A DNA stretch of 64,000 nt from NCBI RefSeq assembly GCF_036971445.1, contig NC_091470.1:158534001-158598000 (forward strand), in the 5' to 3' direction. The notes beneath the pieces are model-generated. The model worked only from the letters and a program-made list of their open reading frames with translations, was not told the DNA's origin and did no database searches. A program made the translations under genes and the position numbers. Below are positions 35,801 through 48,041 of the stretch, piece after piece. The stretch's first letter is position 1, and the number at the start of each line of letters is the position of its first letter. The stretch is from Narcine bancroftii (taxonomy: Eukaryota).

Positions 35801-37020
35801 TTGTTGTATTTTCCCTTGTTGATTGTTCTTTTTCTGTACTTACTATTGCCCTTTCCAGCTGTTCTATTTCCCGATTGTAGTCCTTTTTCATCTTAGTTAC
35901 ATAACTTGTTATCTGCCCTCTGATGAAGGCTTTCATTGCATCCCATAATATAAATTTGTCTTTCACTGATTCCATATTTATTTCAAAGTACATTTTAATT
36001 TGGCACTCAATAAATTCTCTAAATTCCTGTCTTTTAAGTAGCATGGAGTTTAATCTCCATCTATATGTTCTTGGTGGGCTGTCCTCCAGTTCTATTGCTA
36101 ATAACAGGGGTGAATGATCAGATAATAATCTAGCTTTATATTCCGTTTTCCTAACTCTCCCTTGGATATGGGCTGACAACAGGAACAGGTCAATCCTTGA
36201 GTATGTTTTATATCTACTTGAATAATATGAGTATTCCTTCTCCTTTGGTTGTTGTCTCCTCCATATATTCCAAAAGTTGCATTTCCTGTATTGATTTAAC
36301 CATAAATTTGGCTACTTTGTTCTTTTTGCTTGTCTTTTGTCCAGTTTTATCCATCTTTGAATCCAAATTAAGGTTAGTCCCCTCCTATCAATATATTCCC
36401 CTGCGTATTGTTAGGTCTGCTTTGTTCATGAATGAGTGAGACAAACACCAGACTGAGTCGAAATCAGGGTTCTTTGTTCTTTATTACCGGATTGTAACAC
36501 TTGCAACTAACCATGTTAGTCGGAGAATGCATTCTGCCGTTATCAGCAAAATGGTGATTTTTTTATACCCTTGGATACGTGCTTAGAACATCATCATATC
36601 ATTACTTGTCCAATGACTAAAACTGTTGCTATCCTTTCCCTGCTAGCTTCCTGCCTCTCAATCCATCAATGTCTCTCTTATCTTGTAAGTACAAGGATGC
36701 ATTCACATCTTGTTACAGCCCTGTACAGGGTAACTCCTTACACATTCCCATCTCATAATGTTTTACCTTACAGTATCTACAATCTTCAAAAAAATATCTT
36801 GCATAAACTTTTGATCCTCTTCATTAGGTGCATATATATTGACCAAGTTCCAGAGTTCTGAATATATCTGACACTTTATCATTATACATCTCCCTGCTGG
36901 ATCTATTATTTCCTCCTCTATTTTGATTGTTACATTTTTATTGATTAATATAGCTACACCTCTGGCTTTTGAATTATATGATGCTGCCGTTACATGTCCT
37001 ACCCAGTCTCTCCTTAATTT
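32850..37020 (-). mobile_element. 5'-truncated, frameshifted L1-clade LINE (ORF2: APE endonuclease, RT, C-terminal Cys/His motif)
   Basis: Minus-strand fragments include LSDHSPL, KTPGEDGFPIEFYK, YRPISLL, IRYLGI and GTTVHAIWAC. A 15-bp TSD ctggagc(c/t)tccatgt lies at 32835-32849 and 37021-37035. Confidence 0.92.
36409..36772 (-). mobile_element. Solo LTR, family A, nested in the L1
   Basis: Termini TGTTAGG...CCTTACA with a 4-bp TSD GTAT (36405-36408 and 36773-36776). Confidence 0.88.
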
Positions 37021-37500
37021 CTGGAGCTTCCATGTTGATACAGTCGCAAAGAAGGCTCACCAGCAGCTATTCCTCTTGAGGAGATTCGGTATATCACTCA
37101 AACTTCTACGGGTAGACAGTAGAAGGTTTCTTCACTGTCTGGTACAAAGGTGCCAACGCTCAGGACAAGAAAAAAACTCCAGAGGGTTCTTAACTCGGCC
37201 TGTGACATCACAGACACCAGACTTCACTCCATCGAGGACATCTACAAGAGGTGGTGTCTTAAGACAGCAGCCTCTATCCTCATCACCCAGGCCATGCCCT
37301 CTTCACTCTGCTACTATTGGGATAAAGGTACAGAAGCCTAAAGATGAGCACTTGGCCAATGAACCAAAGGCCCTGCCTTCCTTTGACTTTTCATGCTCTA
37401 TTATTTTTTTGGTAAGGTGGTTTATATGAATGTTTGCGCTGTGATCCTGCCGCAAAACAAATTTTGCATTTAGTTCATGACAATACATTCTGATTCTGAA
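37021..37500 (+). mobile_element. Rex1/Babar-like LINE remnant (left part at about 32805-32849), split by the L1
   Basis: VNIPEDLSWSLHV continues after the L1 as WSFHVDTVAKKAHQQLFLLRRFG...RKKLQRV. The tail is catgacaatacattctgattctga. Confidence 0.75.
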
Positions 37501-38219
37501 ATAAATATTGACAAACATTTTAACTATAAAGGAAATGGGGAGTGGGGTGAGGCATAATATTGAATGGTGAACCATTTTTGAGAAAAAAAATTGGTCTACT
37601 CTAGCTACCGTTTCTTGATGTTAGAAATGAAGGATATTGCAGTGAAAAATCGTGGATGAGATGGGTAGAACAGTGGTGTGAACGTCTGTGAATTAAGATA
37701 CAGGCCACGGTCTATTGAATGACATGAATGGTGGTGCTGGGTGAAAGAGGCTGGTGAAGGAATAAGTGGAGGAGACTGACTGAGGATATGAATTAAGCTT
37801 GATATATGAGAAGAGGGGAGTAGTAAAACTGGTGAAATATAAGGCAACTCAAATGGGTGACTTGTGAAATTATTTAATACTGACTGGAGGATTCTTTAAG
37901 CTTGCATGGTGGCTGTTGGAACAAAGGAGACTAAAGACCTGTTGGAATGGGATGGAGAATTAAAGTGATTGATAACTGGAAGTAGAAAGTCAATTGTGAA
38001 TGGAACAGAGGTGACCAGCAAAACATTCATTTGATCTCTCCAATGCAAAGGAGACCACATTGTAAGTCAAATTTGCAGTATAATAAATTGGAAGAAGTAC
38101 AAGTAAATGGTAGCTTTGCTTGAAAAAGTGTTTGGATCATTGGGCAATGGGAAAGGATGAAGTTCAAGGGCCAGCGATGAACATTTTGTGATTGTCATGA
38201 GGAGAGTTGCTGTTGGTAG

Positions 38220-38952
38220 TGTGACAGAGTATATAGAAATGTTTTTGGGAGATAAATTGGGAAAGGTTTGTTGGAGTAGGTCATATGCAAACACTTTAAA
38301 ACTGATCTTATTTGAAATACTGGTGACATAGTAGCTTGTCACACCTTTTTCACTCTCACACACACTTGGTCGAAGCCCTTGTGGTTCATGCAAGATGAGA
38401 GGTCTGGCTGTCTAATGTTTCATTTGGAATAGGAAAAATAGAAAGGAACTCTTTGGTGACCTGAAAGAAAGAGGTTATCATCTGGAGAACCCTGAAGGGG
38501 CAAGTTTTGTCAGCAGAACACTGAAGTGGCTGATGGAAGTAAATCAGTTGTGGGTGTCCAGCGAACAACAAATCTCTCTGAAAAATCTTCCTGAGCAGTA
38601 ACCATTTACCTTTCAGGCACCAAAGCCTGGTGAACTTCATGAATGTTAAAATCTGTGCACAGTATAAGAATTGCCTGCAACCAGTGAATTTGGAGGAATG
38701 AGAAGTGAGATTGCACTGTTAAACAAGAACTTTTCAGAACTTACACATGTGTAAGCTTGCACATTCTAAGCATACACGTGTGCTTAGAATTAGAAGGGGT
38801 TAAGTTAGGTTAGTTAAGTCAATAGTGATAAGTTGAAGTGTGATTCTGTTTTCATTTTTAAAGATAATTAGAAGCAACTTTTGTTTCCGTAACCATTTGT
38901 CTTGGTGAATATCTATTGCTGCTGGGTTTTGGGGTCCTTTGGGCTCGTAACA
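38220..38952. mobile_element. Solo LTR, family B (internally deleted copy)
   Basis: Termini TGTGACAG...TCGTAACA. Homologous to 49272-50334. No TSD visible. Confidence 0.8.
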
Positions 38953-39329
38953 TTACATTGACAGTAACCATTTCCTTTTGTGTCTGAAGCCACATCCAGG
39001 CACCTTCCAGCCTGCCAATCAGGAGTGAGCCCACCAGCCAGAGCATGCACTCCCATTGGCCAGCACCCTGCTGAGTAGGGCAGGCTATCGAACTGCAGCA
39101 CTTCTGTTTTACTCTCTTTGCCATGTGGTTGCAGGTAACCAGGGTATCGTTGTAGACACAGCATTGTAGCTGCTCTCCCAATTATCAGGGGCACAGGAGT
39201 GTGTCTACCCCTGTAGGTAACCCACGTGTTGAGTACCTCTGTAGTCGGAATTCCCTCTTTCCCTATGGGCCTATTCCATGGTTTGAAGCCGGGTTACTTT
39301 CCCCCTCTCCTCCCGGAACTACTACTGAA

Positions 39330-39757
39330 TGCATTCTCCAGAATGGAGGACCATAGCCTTCCCAAGATCGTGTTATATGGCGAGCTCTCCACTGGCCTCC
39401 GTGACAGAGGTGCACCAAAGAAGAGGTACAAGGACTGCCTAAAGAAATATCTTGGTGCCTGCCACATTGACCACCGCCAGTGGGCTGATATCGCCTCAAA
39501 CCGTGCATCTTGGCGCCTCACAGTTTGGCGGGCAGCAACCTCCTTTGAAGAAGACCGCAGAGCCCACCTCACTGACAAAAGGCAAAGGAGGAAAAACCCA
39601 ACACCCAACCCCAACCAACCAATTTTCCCCTGCAGCTGCTGCAACCGTGTCTGCCTGTCCCGCATCGGACTTGTCAGCCACAAACGAGCCTGCAGCTGAC
39701 GTGGACATTTTCCCCTCCATAAATATTCGTCCGCGAAGCCAAGCCAAAGAAAGAAAG
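39330..39757 (+). mobile_element. RTE-clade LINE 3' fragment
   Basis: Encodes SRMEDHSLPKIVLYGEL...CNRVCLSRIGLVSHKRACS*, followed by an (AAAG)n tail. Confidence 0.9.
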
Positions 39758-39954
39758 ACTTTGCTTTTAGCTGTTAATTGCTCCTGATCTGCCTCTGTGT
39801 TGCTGGATGAGCCAGCCTTTTCATTTCGGTATTAATAAATCCTTTAGTTATACATTCCCTGTGTCTGGACTCGTTTCCTTTTGAACCCCAAATGAATTTC
39901 AACACAATATCATTTGAATATGTTTGTGGGTTAGTTAGAGTACCAATTTAAACC

Positions 39955-40266
39955 GGCATCACCTACGGCTCCTAGAACGTTTCCATTAGCGCTGTCTCCG
40001 CTCCATCCTCAACATTCATTGGAATGACTTCATCACCAACATCGAAGTACTCGAGCTGGCAGAATCCACGCTGCTGAAGACCCAACTGCGCTGGGTGGAT
40101 CACGTCTCCAGAACACCCAACCCCAACCCATCAATTTTCCCTTGCAACCGCTGCAACCATGCCTGCCTGTCCCGCATCGGACTTGTCAGTCACCCACAAG
40201 CCTGCAGCAGATGTGGACATACCCCTCCATAAATCTTTGTCCGCGAAGCCAAGCCAAAGAAGAAGA
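39955..40266 (+). mobile_element. RTE-clade LINE fragment with internal deletions
   Basis: Same family as 39330-39757 and 42669-43860, with a gaagaagaga tail. Confidence 0.85.
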
Positions 40267-42668
40267 GTACCAATCATTGATGCTTTACAGTCTTTGTAGT
40301 TGTCAGAATTGTGTTGGCCCTAACAAACTGACATTGGGCAATAAGGATTTAAAAAAAAATCATTCTAAACTACCTCTGGAACTCAACCATTTTTATTAAC
40401 ACCTTTTAAGTAAAGGTTGAGATTACTGGAGCACAGAGTGTTTTCAGTCGTGCCTTTCCAGTCTTGATTTTGGCGTTGTTTGTGTCCTGTTTTATGAAGA
40501 ATGTTAATTCTGGAAGAGTTTTTGGACATAATGTGTCAATTTCAAGAACTCCCAGCTCAGGACAACAGAGGTTGAATGGAGAGTAAAGATCCTATGTATT
40601 GTTTCCTGAAATTTAATAACAAACCGGTGTGACCGAAATTGAAAATAAATTAAACATCACATCCTATAACCCCCCCTTCTCTCCCCCCCCACCCCCCCAC
40701 AAGGTTGGTTATAGTGAGGATTAAATGCACAATAAAAGGATCTGTACTTTGCTACATCGAACTCTCCAGATCAAATGGGTTTGAGAGATTTATTCTGTCC
40801 TCTAAGTGTGTCCTAGAGATTAACGACTACTGGTGTCAAAAATTCTTAATTTAACTGAAATGAGATTTGTTGCCTGGCCTCCAGAGAATTGTTTTTTCTA
40901 TTTAAAATGCTTGTCTTTAACTCTTTTGAGACATATCATTTGTTGTATTTTAATTGCAATTGACCTCCCAAGACTTGTCATTCAACATGGAATGTGGAAA
41001 TAAAAAATCTGCTGACGCAAAGGCCATTCCAGGTCTTGTGTGTTAAGGATGATACATTACCTTTATTATCAGCAATATCTGTGTGTGCTTTATTTCCAGT
41101 GATGATTTTCTATTTGATTTGTAAGTTAACATTATTATGCAGACCCAAGCTTTCAGCTTAACCTTCAGAAGCTCATAGGGTTCTAGGTTTGCTCCTTCGT
41201 ACGAGAGTGTAAATTAAACTTTATCCTGAATCACAACCACATTGTACCATGTCAGATTGTTGGTCCTGTAGCAGAGTCCTGGTTTGGAGACGACAGCGGA
41301 GGGACAACACTTGAGGAATTGCACGGTATTGGAACAAGTCACTGAGGAGCTCAGAAACTTTGAAGAGTGCAGATGAACAATGATAAATTAGGATCAATGA
41401 AGTTGATTTCCTACAGAATTTGAGACAAACTATTCTTGCTCTCAAGGAGAATGGAGTGGAGGGTGGCAAGTTCTTGTGAGTTGACATTAGAGGATCTCTC
41501 CTGGAACCAGCACATCAAGGCCACTGTGAAAAAGGCAAACTAACTCCTCTGTTTTTCAAGACGTCTGAGAAGAATTGACATCATTGGATTCTCTATAAAA
41601 CTTCTACAGTGCTCCGACAGGTTGGATGACAACCTGGTTTGGAAACTCAATACCGAGGAATGCAGAAGGCCGCAGGAAGTGGCCAAGTCCATAGTAAAAA
41701 TGTAAGCAGGCACCCTTCTCCACCCCCCCACCCAATGTTTTGATCGGCGCCTGCCTACATTTTTCTCATGCCTTGACTATATAAAGTCAAGTTGCGTCTG
41801 CAGACTTTTGTGTTTTACCTTGCACAGAATCTAGAGTTAAACCAGAAAATCTGCAGATGCTGTGATTGTAGTTTCCCAAAATTGCTGCAGAAACTCAGCA
41901 AGTCATGTAACGTTTTTATGTAACAATTCATGGGCACTGACCTCCCGTCCGTCAAGAGCATTTATGTAAGGCACTTTTTCATGGGCTGCAAATATCAGAA
42001 AGGACCCTCATTCCCCTGGTCACAATCTCCTCTTATTCATCCCCTCAGGAAGAAAGTACAGAAGCCTGAAGTCCAGTGCCTTCAGGTTCAAGAAAGTTTT
42101 TATCCAACAGCTATCAGGCTCTTGAATCTCCCCATACACAAAAACCCAAACAATATCACCCCATGTCATGATAATGAATATGCATGAGATGTATTCACCT
42201 GACCGGAAGTCACATGGTATGAGAGAGAGAGAGAAGAACGCGAAATGGAGGAACAATGAAAGCTGGAGAATAAAGACACGGAGATGTTTAACTGGTAAAA
42301 CCTGCGTTATTAGTGTTACTAACTTCACATTTCGGGCCACAAATGTGACACCCCAGGGCTACTAAAATTGGAATATTTATTTATCTATCCTTCGATATTT
42401 AATATCTTATTTTCTATCTTGCTTTTGTGGTAGTTAACTCTTGTAACTGATAGATCTTGCGTACCTGAATTGCAGTGCATTTGTACATAAGTATATTTCA
42501 ATAAACTTGAATTGGGTATTGAACATACTACTTTGAGGCTTGATGATTGTCACTTGTTTTTCAGCATTCATCTCATCTTCTGGAATTCTCTGGGTAATAC
42601 ATTCCTTGGCTGAGTCATGAATTTTAATTTCCCCCATGGTTACTTCCTAATTCATTTTAGTTTCAAAT

Positions 42669-43860
42669 TTTTCTTTGGCTTGGCTTCGCGGACAAAGATT
42701 TATGGAGGGGGTAAATGTCCACGTCAGCTGCAGGCTCGTTTGTGGCTGACAAGTTCGATGCGGGACAGGCAGACACGGTTGCAGGGGAAAATTGGTTGGT
42801 TGGGGTTGGGTGTTGGGTTTTTCCTCCTTTGCCTTTTGTCAGTGAGGTGGGCTCTGCGGTCTTCTTCAAAGGAGGTTGCTGCCCGCCAAACTGTGAGGCG
42901 CCAAGATGCACGGTTTGAGGTGAGATCAGCCCACTGGCGGTGGTCAATGTGGCAGGCACCAAGAGATTTCTTTAGGCAGTCCTTGTATCTTTTCTTTGGT
43001 GCACCTCTGTCATGGTGGCCAGTGGAGAGCTCGCCATATAACACGATCTTGGGAAGGCGATGGTCCTCCATTCTGGAGATGTGACCCACCCAGCGCAGCT
43101 GGATCTTCAGCAGCGTGGACTCGATGCTGTCGACCTCTGCCATCTCGAGTACTTTGACGTTAGGGATGAAAGCGCTCCAATGAATGTTGAGGATGGAGTG
43201 GAGACAACGCTGGTGGAAGCATTCTAGGAGCCGTAGGTGATGCCGGTAGAGGACCCATGATTCAGAGCCGAACAGGAGTGTGGGTATGACAACGGCTCTG
43301 TATACGCTTATCTTTGTGAGGTTTTTCAGTTGGTTGTTTTTCCAGACTCTTTTGTGTAGTCTTCCAAAGGCGCTATTTGCCTTGGCGAGTCTGTTGTCTA
43401 TCTCATTGTCGATCCTTGCATCTGATGAAATGGTGCAGCCGAGATAGGTAAACTGGTTGACCGTTTTGAGTTTTGTGTGCCCGATGGAGATGTGGGGGGG
43501 CTGGTAGTCATGGTGGGGAGCTGGCTGATGGAGGACCTCAGTTTTCTTCAGGCTGACTTCCAGGCCAAACATTTTGGCAGTTTCCGCAAAACAGGACGTC
43601 AAGCGCTGAAGAGCTGGCTTCTCCATTAACAATGGCGTGAAGCAAGGCTGTGTTCTCGCACCAACCCTCTTTTCAATCTTCTTCAGCATGATGCTGAATG
43701 AACCAAGCCATGAAAGACCTCAACAATGAAGACGCTGTTTACATCCGGTACCGCACGGATGGCAGTCTCTTCAATCTGAGGCGCCTGCAAGCTCACACCA
43801 AGACACAAGAGAAACTTGTCCGTGAACTACTCTTTGCAGACGATGCCGCTTTAGTTGCCC
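42669..43860 (-). mobile_element. RTE-clade LINE with 5' inversion
   Basis: The minus strand at 43617-42724 encodes the RT thumb and C-terminus (PALQRLTSCF..FTYLGC..SHKRACS). The plus strand at 43618-43860 encodes GVKQGCVLAP..LLFADDAALVA. TSD agtttcaaat at 42659-42668 and 43861-43870. Confidence 0.92.
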
Positions 43861-44644
43861 AGTTTCAAATAAAGACTTGATAAAAGGCCAGTCGTGTAAA
43901 GTAGTTTCTAAGGAATATTTGCTACTCTTTGATTTGGATTTGATGGAGAAGCCAATTTAATGATCAGGAGGAGCCAGAGTTAAATGATTGGTTACTTCTC
44001 ATGACATAAGTATCACATGATTGTCATTGATTAGAAGAGGCAGTGAGTCAAAGACCTCGTGTCAGAATTTGGCAGAATAATTGGGTGATTCATGAAAATG
44101 TCTGCCTGGCAGGCTTCAGGCTTCTGTACCTTCTTCCTGAGGGGATGAATGAGAGGAGATTGTGACCAGGGGAATGAGGGCCCTTTCTGATATTTGCAGC
44201 CCATGAAACAGTGCCTTACATAGATGCTTTTGACGGACAGGAGGTCAGTCCCCTCAGGAATTGTTACATTAAAAAAGCTGCATGACTTGCTGAGTTTCTG
44301 CAGCAATATTGGGAAACTACAATCACAGCATCTGCAGATTTTCTGGTTTAACTCTAGATTCTGTGCAAGGTAAAACACAAAAGTCTGCAGTCACCAAGAT
44401 TGAAGTCAAAACACAATGCAGGAGAAACTCCATTTTTGAATGTCAATATTGCATTGTTTTAAATATAGTTGAATAGAATCTGTTGTGGCTTTGCTGATGA
44501 GGTTTTCAGATTAAATGAGGCACTCTTGAATTCAGCAAAAGCCACCAGATTAAAGACCATTGTATATCTGATTTGAGGAAAATTGATCGTGGAATTGTCA
44601 AATAATCATTGCATTTAATTTTTGTTTATTTTACAGTTGAAACA

Positions 44645-45240
44645 GACATATAACCATATAACCACTTACAGCACAGAACAGGCCAGTTCGGCCCTACTAG
44701 TCCATGCTGTAACAAATCCCCACCCTTCTAGTCCCACTGACCAGTACCCGGTCCATACCCCTGCAGTCCTCTCCTCTCCATGTAACTATCTATTCTTTCC
44801 TTAAATGTAACCAATGATCCCGCCTCAACCACGTCTGCCGGAAGCTCATTCCACATCCCTACCACCCGTTGCGTAAAGAAATTTCCTACTCTTGAATTCA
44901 ATACTCCGATTTATGAAGGCCAACATTCCAAATGCCTTCTTCACCACATCATCTACCTGAGTATCAGCTTTGAGAGTACTATTTACCATCACTCCTAAAT
45001 CCCTTTGTTGCTCTGCACATCTCAATAACCTACCATTTAATGCATATGACCTATTTAGATTTGCCTTTCCAAAATGTAACACCTCACACTTCTCTGTATT
45101 AAATTCCATCAGCCATTTCTCAGCCCACACCTCCAGCCTTCCTAAATCACCTTTTAATCTACAGTAATCTTCCTCGCTGTCTACAACACCACCAATCTTT
45201 GTATCATCCGCAAACTTGCTTATCCAATTCTCCACCCCTT
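44645..45240 (-). mobile_element. CR1 LINE 3' fragment (internally deleted)
   Basis: Encodes ISKFADDTKIGGVVDSEED...FNTEKCEVLHFG, with a tandem 3' tail (tggttata)n. Confidence 0.9.
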
Positions 45241-45704
45241 CTATGAGGAAAAAAAACTTAGTCGTGAATTATTTTGGGAATTTTTTTAACTTTGTTCCTC
45301 ATTCCAAGAATGGCACATTTATCCTAATTTGCCAGATGTCCTATTCAAATTGTGCCATATTTCTAAATTGAATCAGTCCTGCAATTGTTTTTATAATATT
45401 TGCTTCCACTGCTTGTCCATGCCACTCATTCCCTCAAATAATATTTTCATGGATTTGTGATGGTTTGCATTTGTACAGGTGTGGTTCTGGTTCACTCAAG
45501 AAAGTGAAATAGTTGCTTGTTGTACATGGAATCTTTTTGGAATAATAAGTTAAAATGTCTCTAAATTTAACACATTTTTCAAATGTTCCTAATTATTAGG
45601 AGTTGATGGTCAGTCTGTTTTAAGTAATCACGAGGGTGCTGGCTCTCCTTTGTTCATGTTGGTATTGAATGATTTGTTTCCTTCTTTATCAACTCCCACT
45701 GCAG

Positions 45705-45811
45705 CTCCAGGGTTACTTTGCTGCCTGTGAAGATGAAACGCCAGCAATTCGAAACCATGACAAGGTTCTACAAAAGCTGTGTGAACACCTGGACCATGCC
45801 CTGCTATATGG
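45705..45811 (+). CDS. PLEKHM2: PLEKHM2 exon 2 (RUN domain)
   Basis: Encodes LQGYFAACEDETPAIRNHDKVLQKLCEHLDHALLY(G). Splice sites ctgcag| and |gtgagg. Confidence 0.97.
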
Positions 45812-46175
45812 GTGAGGAAGAACTTCACAAGATTTAGTAGGATGTTACCATAGTTCTTGAGTACATTTCAAAGGAGTTGATCATTTCTTGTGTGCAGTTA
45901 TTGGATAAGATTACAGTTGAGTTGAACTTTATTCTGATTACTCTTGTGCATTGTGTCCAAGACGATTTCCACGACCAAGTTCATGCTTCCTACTAGCCAG
46001 AATGTTGGAATGTTTTATGTGCTAACTTGTTAGTGTACTCAATGGCATATTTTAAGATCATAACCTGCGTCCACATCCACGTTGTAAAACTACTGTGAAG
46101 CCTTGCTTCCTAAAATTTCCATACTTCTTTCACGTAAAATTATACAAAAATAACTGAACTACAGTAAGGCTTTTC

Positions 46176-46325
46176 TTGAGTAATACACAAAAGGGCTGGA
46201 GAAGCTCTACAGGCCATGCAGCATCTGTAGGAAGTCAAGGATAACTGATGTTTTAGGCCTGAACCCTTCACTAAGACCTGCTGAGCTTCTCCAGCCCTTT
46301 TGTGCATTGCTCAAGCGTCTGCAGT
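46176..46325. mobile_element. Penelope-derived fold-back element
   Basis: Perfect 22-bp inverted repeat at 46186-46207 and 46283-46304, enclosing a partial hammerhead-like motif. Confidence 0.7.
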
Positions 46326-46761
46326 CTTTCCTGTTGAACTTTAAGGTTACTCCTGATATGGTTCCCTTTTCATTTGAAATCCAGCCATCAATTTGGCATA
46401 TAATTAGATTCATCTCATGCATAAACAGCTGTTTAGAACAAAAGGAGGAGGTACATTTAGTTGAGATCATGAGCTTACATTAATACATAGTTTCACCACA
46501 CCTTGGTTCTTGATCTTGAAAAAGATCCTGCCAAAAATTATTTGTCTAGAAAAATAGCAAAAGAAGTGTTTAATAATAAATTATGATGACCACAATGCTT
46601 TGTTTGCTGAATGTTGGCATCATTAAGTCATCTATCATAGCAATGCCTTTAATATTTCTGACATTTGTACCTGCTAGGTTTTTGTTCTGTCAACAAGGAT
46701 ATATTTTCAGTTAGAAGCAATCTCTTCAATGAATGAAATTTTCCATTAATACTTCGGACTT

Positions 46762-46937
46762 GGTGTCCCTGTTTTACAGGACCACCACATACTCTGTGTC
46801 CTGGTTTTTTTGGGGACTGGTTTTAAACCAAACCACTAGCTGGTTCATATTGGTATTCATTCTGTAGTTTACCCATGGACCCAGTACGATATATATATTA
46901 TGAAAGATTAAAAGTGGTTGGGGTCCAAAAGAGTTAA
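46762..46937. mobile_element. Partial piggyBac-like MITE
   Basis: Homologous to 57732-57951 and ends ggggtccaaaagag|TTAA. Confidence 0.6.
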
Positions 46938-47616
46938 TCCTTTACTAAATTGAAGCATGTTCTTAAAAAGCTAGTGAGTATCCATAAAAACTTCAAGTCA
47001 TCTGATTTTTTGTATAAATTAACGCACATCAAAATGGAATGAAGTGTAGTCCTTGAGAAAGTTTCACACAAAACCATTCATTTTTGCATTGCCAAAGCTA
47101 CAGTCTGAATTTTCAATAACGATTGGTCATTTTTTGAATCTTGTAGGAGCTTCTGAATTATTATGACTATGTAGAAAAATAATTAACAGTTTCATATCAA
47201 CACATTCCCAGTTCGCGTTTGAGATTTTTGTTTTAATAGCAGTTCCTACTTTCACCTTTTTATTTTGTAGTTGGGAAAGTTGTTGATAATCAGTTGTTGA
47301 CGATCCACGAATTCCATTGTGTGGTAGGTGCTGGGGCCAAGATCTCAAAATGTGATTATTATAGCTGATACCTCTACAATTTGAACAAAACACGAGTTAT
47401 GCAGATCCCATCTGCTATTACTGTTCATTTATGCAAAGTTCTAGAATTTGTACAATGCTCAAGGTGTGTGGGTGGGTTCAGCTGGTTCTCATTGATTTTT
47501 ATGTAAACCTGACAATGACTATTTGTGAAGTAATTCAGGTGTTCCACTGAGATGAAAATTGTTTTAGCCTGTCAATGGAATACTTCTGGTTATTATTGTA
47601 TTTTATCCCCATCCAG

Positions 47617-47726
47617 TTTGCAGGATATTTCCTCTGGATATTGGGTGTTGGTTGTGCACTTTACCCGCAGTGATGCAGTGAAGCAGATTGAGGTGTTGCA
47701 GCATGTTGCAACAAATCTTGGGCGTA
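47617..47726 (+). CDS. PLEKHM2: PLEKHM2 exon 3
   Basis: Encodes LQDISSGYWVLVVHFTRSDAVKQIEVLQHVATNLGR. Splice sites atccag| and |gtaagt. Confidence 0.97.
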
Positions 47727-48041
47727 GTAAGTATTGTGCTCTGTAGAGTAATCTACACCATAACTCTTGAGTTTGTAACGTTAATTTTAAAATTAAACTA
47801 TTTATATTTCCTTGGATATGTATTTTTTCAGTTATTTTTCATCCTTTTTTAAATCTCATGATTTCTCCAACATGGAGCTATCTCAACCATGTATGTCCTG
47901 TTGTTAAGTAGTTCACATACATTACCCTTTACAGAGGAATTTTTTTGTAAACGACCTCTTAATTGAGCAGTTTTGAGACCCATTGCAAACCCATTTAATT
48001 CCAATTTTGTGTTTTTCACATTGTCTTTTTATTCCCCTTAG

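Noticed and set aside
42724-43689. 321-aa ORF as a host gene
   Set aside because: It is an RTE RT C-terminus fused to antisense sequence across an inversion junction.
44618-44650. Strong acceptor-like tttttgtttattttacag in PLEKHM2 intron 1
   Set aside because: It leads directly into a CR1 tail, with no PLEKHM2-like coding sequence or matching donor.
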